Source: an uncultured Planctomycetaceae bacterium
GTDB lineage: Bacteria > Planctomycetota > Planctomycetia > Isosphaerales > Isosphaeraceae
NCBI GenBank assembly: GCA_963833985.1
Contig: CAWIAD010000002.1
Location: forward strand, 1,184,001-1,248,000
DNA: 64,000 nucleotides
Reading direction: 5' to 3'
In this document: positions 10,864 to 19,795 of the stretch, in pieces
Layout of the letters: every line of letters begins with the position of its first letter
Numbering within the stretch: the first letter of the stretch is position 1
The notes under the pieces: generated by a model
The model's input: only the letters and a program-made list of their open reading frames with translations
Database searches by the model: none
Told to the model about the DNA's origin: nothing
Position numbers and translations under genes: made by a program

Positions 10864-12045
10864 TCACTGAGCGCTGCAGTGCGCCGGAATACCGATCATC
10901 CGGAAATAGTGCTGCCTGGCGTTACTGTCGGGAATCAATTCGGTCAGCAGGTCGGGCAAGGGCATCCTTCCCCACCGCACCGCTTGTTCGAGAGTGTACG
11001 GAATCGGTGAATGGGGCTCGGTCTGGCGGAAGAACGCGGCGATCGTCTCGAGCATCAAGAGCGCATGGTCCCGCGAGCAGATTCCCTGCGCCGTCTCGGC
11101 CTGCGGCATGCACGCCAGCTCCGCATCGTCCAGCCCGTCAACGCCATCCAGACCGAGAGGCTCAAGGGTTGCCAGAATGCTGCCGTTGCATGACCGAGAC
11201 AGCCCGGGAAAGCCGCCGGCAGGTGTTGTGGCCAGCCTGATTCGATCTCCCGCGACCGCCATCACCACCTCGTGACAGTGCAAGAGCGCGTTCTTGATGT
11301 TCGAGGAGTGAGGTGCTTCATCTCCACAGCGCTCGTCGAGCAACTCCGTCAACTGCTGAAACTCCTCCAGGCTCCCCCGGATGTGCTGGTCGAGTGCCAG
11401 GTAGAAGGCATTCGAGGTGTCAGAAACGGCTTCCAGGAAGGTCTTGAGACTGACAGCCCCCTGGTCGATTCTGCGTGCCTTGGTCCTGGGGTCGGCGATG
11501 CGTTCAAGGGCCGCGGCCTGGTCGTGATGGGAGCAAGCGAAATCACCCATCGAATCACTGCTTGTGAGTGGAATGTTGAGGATTGGTGTGATCAGCGTCC
11601 CCTCGGTTCCCTCGCCATTCAGACCCATCAAGGGCGCAATGCGCGTGGCCATGCCGTCCACATCGGGTCGCGGATACAGATCATCCCAGTAGCGCTCGAT
11701 CAGTGTGCGGCAGAGGCGGAATCCCTCGTGCAATCCTGCAAAACCGTGCACCCTCACCAGCGCTTCGATGAGATAACAAACAATCTCCAGGTCCTTGGAT
11801 TCCTCGGACAGCACCCGAACCGCCAGATCGAGCACGGGTTTCCAGTTCGGGCGAACGGTATCCTTGTCCTCCTCCATCGTGGAGATGCGTCTCTCGGCCA
11901 GTCTTGCGGTTGAGCGGGCGGACCGGATGTTTCGGTAGAGCATGCTGCCGGACAGCTCAACCCTGACGTCAAACCCCGACGGATGATCCGGGGAGATGGG
12001 GGCAACCAGCTCATCAAGATCCAGGGTTCGAGACGTGTACATCAC
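10864..12045 (-). CDS. tssA: T6SS protein TssA (ImpA N-terminal domain)
   Basis: [33 protein letters not shown] and C-terminal [22 protein letters not shown] motifs. Confidence 0.95.
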   Translation of the reverse strand: MMYTSRTLDLDELVAPISPDHPSGFDVRVELSGSMLYRNIRSARSTARLAERRISTMEEDKDTVRPNWKPVLDLAVRVLSEESKDLEIVCYLIEALVRVHGFAGLHEGFRLCRTLIERYWDDLYPRPDVDGMATRIAPLMGLNGEGTEGTLITPILNIPLTSSDSMGDFACSHHDQAAALERIADPRTKARRIDQGAVSLKTFLEAVSDTSNAFYLALDQHIRGSLEEFQQLTELLDERCGDEAPHSSNIKNALLHCHEVVMAVAGDRIRLATTPAGGFPGLSRSCNGSILATLEPLGLDGVDGLDDAELACMPQAETAQGICSRDHALLMLETIAAFFRQTEPHSPIPYTLEQAVRWGRMPLPDLLTELIPDSNARQHYFRMIGIPAHCSAQ

Positions 12046-12320
12046 GGTCCAACTCTCTCACGGGCCAGTCGAGGCCACGAAACCCGAGGTGCTCAACTAA
12101 GCTAACCCATGCCGCGGAAGAAACCAAATAAAAAATCCGCTTCACCTTTCCGCTTTCGGCGCTCCGGGCTCAAACCGGCTTCAACCTGACGAAATTGCCT
12201 CCCCGTATTTCAAGGAAGGTCCCTTGCCGCCGATCAAATATTCTCGTCTTACGCCCGTGTCATGCCTGGTACAGCTCGACTTGCCGCTCCTCGACCGATG
12301 GGGACGATCGCGGGGGTCCG

Positions 12321-12707
12321 TCAAGCAACGTTGGTCTTGACCGTGCCGGCCATGGTGATCGTGATGACGCCGGCCCAGCTACACATGCACTTGCTGGTAT
12401 TGTTCAGGGCCGGCATGCCGCCGATCATCACGGTTGGCGATCCGGGAGCCCAGGGGGTCGTCACCGGTACGCAGGGCTGTGGCGTCAGTACACCGGCCGC
12501 GGCCGCCGTGGCCTTGATGACGTCTGGATTCGTCGGTGCGCTGCACATCCCAAAAGGAGGGATGTTCGTCATCGGCTTGAAGTCCATGATGTTCGCGGCG
12601 GGCGTCCCCTCGGCGGTGGTCCGATTCACCGGCAGGACGATCAGGCTCGCCGGTGCCGCCCCGAAGCTACAGGCCATCATGGCGCCCATCTTCACCTGCT
12701 GCGGCAT
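12321..12707 (-). CDS. DUF4280 family PAAR-like spike-tip protein
   Basis: GAMMACSFG, NIPPFGMC, PCVPVTTPWAPG and SKCMCSWAGVITI motifs; 128 aa; adjacent to the T6SS. Confidence 0.9.
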   Translation of the reverse strand: MPQQVKMGAMMACSFGAAPASLIVLPVNRTTAEGTPAANIMDFKPMTNIPPFGMCSAPTNPDVIKATAAAAGVLTPQPCVPVTTPWAPGSPTVMIGGMPALNNTSKCMCSWAGVITITMAGTVKTNVA

Positions 12708-12905
12708 GGCGTCACCTCCAGTCTCGATCCGGCTCCGATCTACGAGCAGATCCTACCACCATTTGATGCCCACTCCCGGTTGTATCAGTCCCATGGATTG
12801 TGAAGAATCCATGAATGTCGGCGTCGTTCGGGCCGGTCCTTCGCGCTGAGAACCGCCAGCAAATTCCAATACTGGCAACGTTGCAGAGGTTTCCGCACGG
12901 TACAG

Positions 12906-13016
12906 TCATTTTGGACCTGTACCTGACTCCCGTGGGCCGCCGGCATGGTGCGGATGGATCGGAAAGGTTGAACGTATCATGACCACTCAGAGTTTAAAGG
13001 CCCATTGCTCCAGAAC
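12906..13016 (-). pseudogene. Remnant 5' end and upstream region of a lost DUF4157 cassette (MVMIRSTFPIHPHHAGGP then early stop)
   Basis: 12934-13016 is an 83-bp imperfect direct repeat of 14630-14712, the start of cassette 1. Confidence 0.75.
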
Positions 13017-13071
13017 GAGCCGCGGCCCCGTTTCGCTCCCCCCGTTTCACTTCCCAAAAACTTTTCATTCA

Positions 13072-14682
13072 TTAATAATGCCGATAGCTCCATCTCGGCG
13101 GATTGCCCTTCAGGCTCTTGTAATAGAGGCGGTGCTTGGCGTCCTTGTATTTGGAAATCTTGCTCTTTATGAGGGTTTCGGCTTTGTTATGAAGCCCCCG
13201 AGGAATAGCACCCATGCGATAGGTCCGCTTACGCTTGTGAACCCCTTTGGAAATGAACCGGAGATGCTTCGTCGACCGAAATGAGAGGTGGAACGCGAGA
13301 TCCAATCGATGCGGCTTGTATTTCCCGCTCGCGGCGAGCGACTTGGCCACCTCCACGAGCGCGATGTGGTCAATCTCATGGTCCTTGTCAATCTTCTTCC
13401 ATTCCGACACGGGCTTGTCGTTTCGCATCTCCTTGTATTGACTGGTCAGATAAACATCGTTCCCGTTCTCGGTGTACTTGTAATAGGGCTTGATTCCCTT
13501 GACCGGCGGTTCGGTTCCATCACACCTTACGACGTTCATCTTCTTGGCGATGCGCTCATAGGCGTCTGGTTTGAAGACAGGCCTGGGAATCTTGTCGGTC
13601 GACTTGGATTCCCGGATCACAAAATCGGCATCGTCCTCGTCGTCGCTTTCCGCTCTCTGAACAACCAGGGCAGGAGCAACCAGGGCAGGAGAAGCCACGG
13701 GACTCACATTGCCGGCTGCCCGGACCGGAACGGGAAGGGGGTGCTCGATCCACCGTGCCTGAATCGGACCTTGCCGCCCGCCACCCGGCAGGAGAACTGT
13801 AGACCTTGGGCTGCCAGCAGGCTCCAGCCTTCCCTGATCTGGAGTCCAAGATGCCAGCGGGCCACTGGTTGAGCGACCTGAGGGGCCAACCGGGTTTCCG
13901 GGTCGTCGGTCGGTCGGCAAGATCGGATGTGACGGGGCCAATCTGGCCTGAATGGGCAGTGGTGCCATTGCCGCCCTCATCCCTGTCCGCTCCGCCTCTG
14001 CTTCGAGAGCGGGATTCTGGACCACCGCGATGCCCGCCCCCAGCGGATTTCGCACGCGACCGGCGCGCTGCTGGACGACGTGGGTCAACTCATGGCCGAG
14101 AAGTTGCTGTCCCTGGCTCGACTGAGGATTGTACTGGCCGGGCGCAAAGTAGAGGTCGGTGCCATGGGTGAAAGCCAGCGCGCCGATCGACGACGCCTCG
14201 TGGCCGACATGGACGCGGACGTCGGCGAAGCTGGTGTTGAAGAAGGACTCCATCTTCTTCCGGACTGGCTCGGGTAGGGCCTGTCCGCTGCCGCGCGGCT
14301 TGAGCGAGAAATTCGCCGGCAGGGCAAACGCCTCGCCGGCGTGGGACTGCACGGCTCCGGTCGCCGCGTTTTTCGGCAGAATCGGCTGGGGCGCTTGCGG
14401 TCGGATTGGCGCTGGGGCTTGCGCGGTACGCGGTTGCAGAATGCTTGTCGGCAAGATCGGTCTTGGCGGCTGACCAGGTCGCCTTGCCGGCTGGAGGCCC
14501 AAAGGCATCGGACGAGCCTGGAGCGGAGCCGGAGCGGGCGGCCGGACCGGCGCCGCGGGCGTGGGCGTGGGCGGAGCCGTGGTGATTCGCGGCTTGCCGC
14601 CGGGGAAGAAACCCTGGATCACGCGCGAGGGGCCGCCGGCATGGTGCGGTTGGATCGGAAAGTTTGAAGGTATCATGACCAC
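13072..14682 (-). CDS. DUF4157 effector cassette 1: Pro-rich leader, HELTH domain, basic C-terminus possibly HNH-like
   Basis: SRVIQGFFPGGKPRI leader; MESFFNTSFADVRVH...ALAFTHG...LLGHELTHVVQQ; C-terminal DHEIDH...HLRFISKGVHKRK. Confidence 0.88.
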   Translation of the reverse strand: MVMIPSNFPIQPHHAGGPSRVIQGFFPGGKPRITTAPPTPTPAAPVRPPAPAPLQARPMPLGLQPARRPGQPPRPILPTSILQPRTAQAPAPIRPQAPQPILPKNAATGAVQSHAGEAFALPANFSLKPRGSGQALPEPVRKKMESFFNTSFADVRVHVGHEASSIGALAFTHGTDLYFAPGQYNPQSSQGQQLLGHELTHVVQQRAGRVRNPLGAGIAVVQNPALEAEAERTGMRAAMAPLPIQARLAPSHPILPTDRRPGNPVGPSGRSTSGPLASWTPDQGRLEPAGSPRSTVLLPGGGRQGPIQARWIEHPLPVPVRAAGNVSPVASPALVAPALVVQRAESDDEDDADFVIRESKSTDKIPRPVFKPDAYERIAKKMNVVRCDGTEPPVKGIKPYYKYTENGNDVYLTSQYKEMRNDKPVSEWKKIDKDHEIDHIALVEVAKSLAASGKYKPHRLDLAFHLSFRSTKHLRFISKGVHKRKRTYRMGAIPRGLHNKAETLIKSKISKYKDAKHRLYYKSLKGNPPRWSYRHY

Positions 14683-14760
14683 TCAGAGTTTGAAGGTCCA
14701 TTGCTCCAGAACTAGGGCGGTTTTCTGACAGGTTGCAAGCCGTTTCTGAGATCTTGGAAA

Positions 14761-14824
14761 GGGGGGCAGACATTCCTGTCTGCCAGGGCAGGCCTGCTCC
14801 GGCAGGCAGGAATGCCTGCCCCCC
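14761..14824. repeat. REP-like inverted doublet
   Basis: GGGGCAGACATTCCTGTCTGCC ... GGCAGGCAGGAATGCCTGCCCC; each unit is itself palindromic; intergenic. Confidence 0.65.
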
Positions 14825-15018
14825 GGTCTCAGTCTGCGATCCGAGTGAAAACCGCTCTAGCCGCGTCCCCGTTTCTCTACAGTCCCCGTTTCGCTCCCAG
14901 AACAAGCCGCGTCCCCGTATCGCTCCCCGCAATGATCGATTCCGGCCGCACAGGAACCCAATCGAAAAGAGGAAGCGGGAGCTGGCATTGCGAAGGCCCG
15001 ATCCGCTCTGAAACTCGT

Positions 15019-17115
15019 TCAGCCCGGGGCTGGCACCGGCGCCACGACCGCCAGCGGCAAAACAGGCATCGCGAGCGGAGGAGCGGGGACATGAACGGCC
15101 GGAGCGGGGCCGACCACCGCGACTTGCCAGAGCGGTGCCTGCAATACGGGAAAGGCACCACCCTGATTGATCGCCACGAGATTGTCAAAGATGTCCAGCG
15201 ACATGGCCTCCCATTCATTCACGGGCCGATCCGTCTGAACCGTCCGGATCTCCATGATCGGTGCGTTCACCGGCGCCGCAGGAGCACCGACCGGTTCCGT
15301 CTGATTCCCCAGGCTGCCCATGGAATGCAGCGAGGGACGAGTGCCGTGAACCGGGTACGTGTTCCTCGTCAGAAGGTCGACCCCGCCGTGAATCCCCTCG
15401 AGCCACCGTCTTACCGTCAGGTGCCCTCGCTTCCTGGCGAGCCATCCGCCGTCGGGCTTGAGCATGAGACGTTCCAGATTATTCTCCGCTCCGGCAAGCG
15501 CCGCGAGCTCCACCCAGAAAGCGCGTGTCAGGAATGCGGCCTCGGGGATCTGGGCATACGCGGTAGCCAGATCAGAACGCATCAGGAAAAAGGCCATCGC
15601 CTTGGGGTAGTCGTAAGTCTGTCGAGATTGACGGATATAGTGACCCACAAGCGTCAGAACGCCCTTCAGTTCATCGCTCGGCTGTACCCCCATGACATTC
15701 TGGTACCGTGCGATCGCCGCATTCGCGTTCTGCGTGAACTGTGCATATCGCGCTCGCCTGCCACCGGTGAAAAGGGCTTTTGCGGGTGCCGCGGCCGGTG
15801 GGGCGAGCGCGGGGACCTGTGAACCGAGATCTGTGAACAAAGAGTGGATGCGATCGAGGCGAATCGCGGCGGTGACCTGCATGCGGCCGAGCGGATTGAG
15901 CCTGTTCATGATCTCGATGTTTGGACGATCAAGGCCGATCACTCCCGGTCCAACAAGCTGGTTCACGGCGACATGCTGGTTCACAGGCCCCGCACCGTTC
16001 AGCCGGTTCATCATGTTGCGAATGGAAGTCATCGTGGTCTGGAGGGCGGCACGGCCAGCGGCCGTTTCAGGGAACGGGGTCGTCACGAATTCGATGTGTG
16101 ACGCCGTGGAGTTGGCGTTCTCTTCCCCCTGGAGCGTGAACCCGACCCCGCGGACGAGGACCGCACCTTTCTTCACCATCCGGTAGCGCTGCCGGCCCAG
16201 GATCGCCAATCGATAGGGCTCGCGTGATCCGCAGCCTGCAACCTCGATTTCAAAGCCGATGTCTCGTTGAATCACCTTGGATTTCGGGCTCGGTCCCTCG
16301 AGGCGCTGGGCGACCGGACGATCCCTGTGCAAGGAGTTCGTCGACAGGGTCGATCGATTCGACCCCGACCTCAGCTTCGGACCCCCGCTTCCCAACATGC
16401 GGTGGACCGGGCTTGACTGAATCGGCGATGGGCTTGCACCGGCCCGAACTGCATTGTGATGGGCCTCGGCCTCGAGCGCAGGGTCATGCACGACGGCGAC
16501 CTCTGGGCCCAGCGGGTTGCGTACCCGGCCGGCGCACTGCTGCACGACGTGGGTCAATTCGTGTCCGAGCAGCTGCTGGCCCTGCATCGAGTGCGGATTG
16601 TATTGCCCGGGCGCGAAGTAAAGCTGGGAGCCATGAGTGAAAGCCAGAGCACCGATCGCCGGAGCCTCAGGTCCGACGTGCACGCGGACATCACTGAAGC
16701 TGGTGTTGAAGAACGACTCCATTTTCTTCTGGATCGGCCCCGGCAAGGGCTGACCGCTGCCGCGTGGCTTGAGCGTGAGATTTGCCGGCAGGGTGAAGGC
16801 GTCGCCGACGAGAGGCCGCACCGGCGCTGCGGCGGAGCTTTTCGGCAGGATCGGCTGGGGAGTATGGGGACGGGCTGGAACCGCGGGCTGCACGGTGCGC
16901 GGCCGCAGGCTGCTCGTCGGCAGGATCGCGCGATGCGGCTGGCCAGCTCGCGTCGCCGGCTGAAGGGTGCTGGTCGCCGGGCGAACCAGGGCCGGCGCCA
17001 TGGGAACAGGCAAGGCCTGGATGATTCGCGGCCTGCCGCCAGGGAAAAAACCCTGGATCACGCGCGACGGAGCGTCGGGTCGGTTCGGCCGGATCGGTTC
17101 GGGTGAAGTTGTCAC
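15019..17115 (-). CDS. DUF4157 effector cassette 2 with C-terminal glutamine-synthetase-fold (actin cross-linking/amidoligase-like) domain
   Basis: Leader and HELTH domain, then IGFEIE, HIEFVTTPF, QVTAAIRL, YPK...RSD and IMEIR. Confidence 0.85.
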   Translation of the reverse strand: MTTSPEPIRPNRPDAPSRVIQGFFPGGRPRIIQALPVPMAPALVRPATSTLQPATRAGQPHRAILPTSSLRPRTVQPAVPARPHTPQPILPKSSAAAPVRPLVGDAFTLPANLTLKPRGSGQPLPGPIQKKMESFFNTSFSDVRVHVGPEAPAIGALAFTHGSQLYFAPGQYNPHSMQGQQLLGHELTHVVQQCAGRVRNPLGPEVAVVHDPALEAEAHHNAVRAGASPSPIQSSPVHRMLGSGGPKLRSGSNRSTLSTNSLHRDRPVAQRLEGPSPKSKVIQRDIGFEIEVAGCGSREPYRLAILGRQRYRMVKKGAVLVRGVGFTLQGEENANSTASHIEFVTTPFPETAAGRAALQTTMTSIRNMMNRLNGAGPVNQHVAVNQLVGPGVIGLDRPNIEIMNRLNPLGRMQVTAAIRLDRIHSLFTDLGSQVPALAPPAAAPAKALFTGGRRARYAQFTQNANAAIARYQNVMGVQPSDELKGVLTLVGHYIRQSRQTYDYPKAMAFFLMRSDLATAYAQIPEAAFLTRAFWVELAALAGAENNLERLMLKPDGGWLARKRGHLTVRRWLEGIHGGVDLLTRNTYPVHGTRPSLHSMGSLGNQTEPVGAPAAPVNAPIMEIRTVQTDRPVNEWEAMSLDIFDNLVAINQGGAFPVLQAPLWQVAVVGPAPAVHVPAPPLAMPVLPLAVVAPVPAPG

Positions 17116-17374
17116 GGCAATTCAACCCCTTCCTGTCCGGGCTCGATCGCCGGCCATCCCGCCGCCGACCGCACGGAGTGCTCAGATGCGAAAAGCCCTG
17201 CGTCCAACCGGGCCGACCAGGAGACGACTCACTACGACCTGCGCGTTACGATCGGTGATGCCTCGATCATTCTGCGCCTCCCTTCAAATTGCCCTTTTGA
17301 GCCAGCAGTTCGACTGGCGACCGAGGCAGGAATACGGCCTCGATGGGCTGCCTGGAGACGGATCTCCGGCCGGT

Positions 17375-19672
17375 TCAATGGCGTTTCTCAGCGCTCAGGA
17401 ATGTCAATCGCAGGGTGTTCGGTGGACCGCCGGAATCCGTGGTCCTCGCGATCAAGCTCACTTCGTTGTCCACTGCCAGTGGGGATCGCTCCGCGTCGGG
17501 ATATGAGATCTTGACGATGTAGAGGTGGGGCTCCTTCTTCACACCACTGGCCCCGGTGTCCTTGGAGGCGATATATCCATTCCTCATGGCTTGTTCGTAG
17601 AAATCCCTCAGATTCGGGACTGAGGCAATCTTGCGGCCCAGCGAGGAGTTCTTGTAGACCTCCCTCCAATCGATTCGAACCTGTACTTCGAAATCTCCGT
17701 CCGTGTGATTCGTAATGTGCACATAAGCGCCCAGAGCCGGAATCTGGTCGATGGGATTCACGGTTGCGGTGGGCGTGTTCACCACTTGCGTGGCAGTCCC
17801 TCCGATGGTGGCCTTCGATTCGATCAGAAGCTCCTCCTCGGCGAGTTCTTTCGACTTCAGGGCCTGCTTCTCGAACTTCTCTCTGGTCCGCTGCTCGAAG
17901 ATGGTCTCCTTGCGCGGTTTGGGTGATTGCTCTGCTTTTTTCTGGTCTTCGGCCGCATATCTCTCGGAGATATCAAGGAGGCAGATAAGCCGTCCGAGCG
18001 GGGATTTCTCGGCCGCGATGCACTCGAGAGCCTTGTCGCTCAACTTGAAAAGCTTTCGCGTCATCGCGCAGAGGGCCTTGTTCAGCCTGGAGGCAACTTC
18101 CTTCAGTTCATCCCCCATGTCGTGGAGCGTCACAAAGGTGCAGAACAGCTCCACACTGGACGTCATTTCCTGCACGCTCTGCGAGCTCTTGCATCTGGCT
18201 AACACGGCCTTATGAAGGTCGCAAAGCAGCTCGACCTGGTGCAGAATTCGTCTCATGATCTTCCGCGGCTCGTCCAGCGATCGACGATAGGCAACGAGTT
18301 CATTCCCGGTCAGACTGAGCTGGCAGAACTCACCGAGAAACAACCGGATCTGCTCCGGGTTTCTCCGGACGACGAAGGCCATGACAAGCTCATTGGAAAG
18401 CGACACCGGGTTGACCTGACGCTGCTGGAGCATGAAGGGCACCATGCGAGCGGGGGGCGGCAACAAGATCACCTCGTCGGGATTCACCATCCTCGGTCCT
18501 TGGTCTACCACCGGAAGGGTCGCGACCGGGTTCACCAGCGTAAGAGCCCGGGTCGGGTTCTCGACGAACGGGACGTCTTGACGAGCCGCCGTCACCTGCT
18601 CGAAAACCTGCCGGGGCGGGGCCTTGCGTTTGGTCATCGAGACATAGACCCACAAGAGCCATGCCAGGATGCCAAACGTCATGATGTAAGCCCAGTTGTC
18701 CAGGAGCCATCCCGATCCTGACCCGCCTTGCATCAACTGGACGGCACCGGTCTCCTGGACAGGGAACGGGCGACGGCGGGAAGCGGGCAAATGGACTCCG
18801 GACGATCGTGCCGCCGGCTTTTCGAAACCCAGGAGCGGGCCGAGCCTGTGCCGCCGAGACCGCGCCCGGCGACCACGAACCGGAGGTGCTCCGTCCAGGT
18901 ACCTCCTGTCCGAGCGTCCTCGCCTGGACACGCGCCTGAAACGTCGTCGCCCCAAGCCCCATCCGCTCCGCCTCGGCCTCCAGTGCCGGGTCCTGAACCA
19001 CCGCGACTCCCGGGCCCAGCGGGTTGCGCACCCGACCGCGCGCTGCTGCACGACGTGGGTCAACTCGTGGCCGAGCAGTTGCTGGCCCTGCATCGAATGC
19101 GGATTGTATTGCCCGGGCGCGAAGTAAAGCTGGGAGCCATGAGTGAAGGCCAGAGCACCGATCGCCGGAGCCTCCGGTCCGACGTGCACGCGGACATCAC
19201 TGAAGCTGGTCTGGAAATAGGCCTCCATCTTCTTCTGCACGGCCTGCGGCAACGGCTGACCGCTCACGGCCGTCTTGAGCACCAAGCCGGGTGGCAGCGC
19301 CTGAGCGTCGCCCCCACGCGGCTGAACCGCTGAGATCGCGTGATGTTGATGTTGCGGCAGGACAGGCTGGAGTGTTTGCGGTCTCATCGGGGCGGCGGGC
19401 TGGAGAGCGGCCGGCTTCAACCCTCCCGGCGGCAGGATCGGACGCGGAGGCTGCCCGGGACGAGTGGCGGGCTGGAGTGCGCCGGGGTTCGGACGACCGG
19501 GAAGCTTCCGGGCGGGCGTCGATACCGGACCAGCTTGCAGGGGTGCCGGCGGAGCAGGCCGGACCAGGGCTGCCGGGATGATCCGCGGCTTGCCTCCAGG
19601 GAAGAAGCCCTGGATCACACGCGCGGAGGCGCCGGGAGCGTTCGGACAGGTTGGACCGGGTGAAGGTGTCAT
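17375..19672 (-). CDS. DUF4157 effector cassette 3: TM helix, helical region and unknown C-terminal domain; two compensating frameshifts (~19040 and ~18750-18800)
   Basis: Leader and HELTHVVQQ; the RNPLGPGVAVVQDPALEAEAE continuation is in another frame (18390..19031 ORF); TM segment WAYIMTFGILAWLLWVYV. Confidence 0.8.
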   Translation of the reverse strand: MTPSPGPTCPNAPGASARVIQGFFPGGKPRIIPAALVRPAPPAPLQAGPVSTPARKLPGRPNPGALQPATRPGQPPRPILPPGGLKPAALQPAAPMRPQTLQPVLPQHQHHAISAVQPRGGDAQALPPGLVLKTAVSGQPLPQAVQKKMEAYFQTSFSDVRVHVGPEAPAIGALAFTHGSQLYFAPGQYNPHSMQGQQLLGHELTHVVQQRAVGCATRWARESRWFRTRHWRPRRSGWGLGRRRFRRVSRRGRSDRRYLDGAPPVRGRRARSRRHRLGPLLGFEKPAARSSGVHLPASRRRPFPVQETGAVQLMQGGSGSGWLLDNWAYIMTFGILAWLLWVYVSMTKRKAPPRQVFEQVTAARQDVPFVENPTRALTLVNPVATLPVVDQGPRMVNPDEVILLPPPARMVPFMLQQRQVNPVSLSNELVMAFVVRRNPEQIRLFLGEFCQLSLTGNELVAYRRSLDEPRKIMRRILHQVELLCDLHKAVLARCKSSQSVQEMTSSVELFCTFVTLHDMGDELKEVASRLNKALCAMTRKLFKLSDKALECIAAEKSPLGRLICLLDISERYAAEDQKKAEQSPKPRKETIFEQRTREKFEKQALKSKELAEEELLIESKATIGGTATQVVNTPTATVNPIDQIPALGAYVHITNHTDGDFEVQVRIDWREVYKNSSLGRKIASVPNLRDFYEQAMRNGYIASKDTGASGVKKEPHLYIVKISYPDAERSPLAVDNEVSLIARTTDSGGPPNTLRLTFLSAEKRH

Positions 19673-19795
19673 GATCGCTCAGCTCGGAAATCGAAGGCCC
19701 ATGGCTTGTATCGTGAAGTCATCAGGAGACTGAAGACCCCGAAGATCATACTATATTGAATTTCAGATTTATTCATAATATTACGTCTAACGCGT

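Noticed and set aside
12095..12115. Sigma-54-like promoter upstream of tssA (CGGCATGGGTTAGC on the minus strand)
   Set aside because: The GG-to-GC spacing is 9 nt rather than the required 10.
1..12707. Calling the cluster an eCIS/PVC because DUF4157 is adjacent
   Set aside because: The split TssB/TssC sheath, TssA, TssK, Hcp, VgrG and TssL/TssM are T6SS-type; no Afp-like genes were seen.
12979..13284. Small ORFs within or between cassettes as immunity genes (also 14733..15011 and 19669..19866)
   Set aside because: They overlap toxin genes or REP repeats and show no protein-like features.
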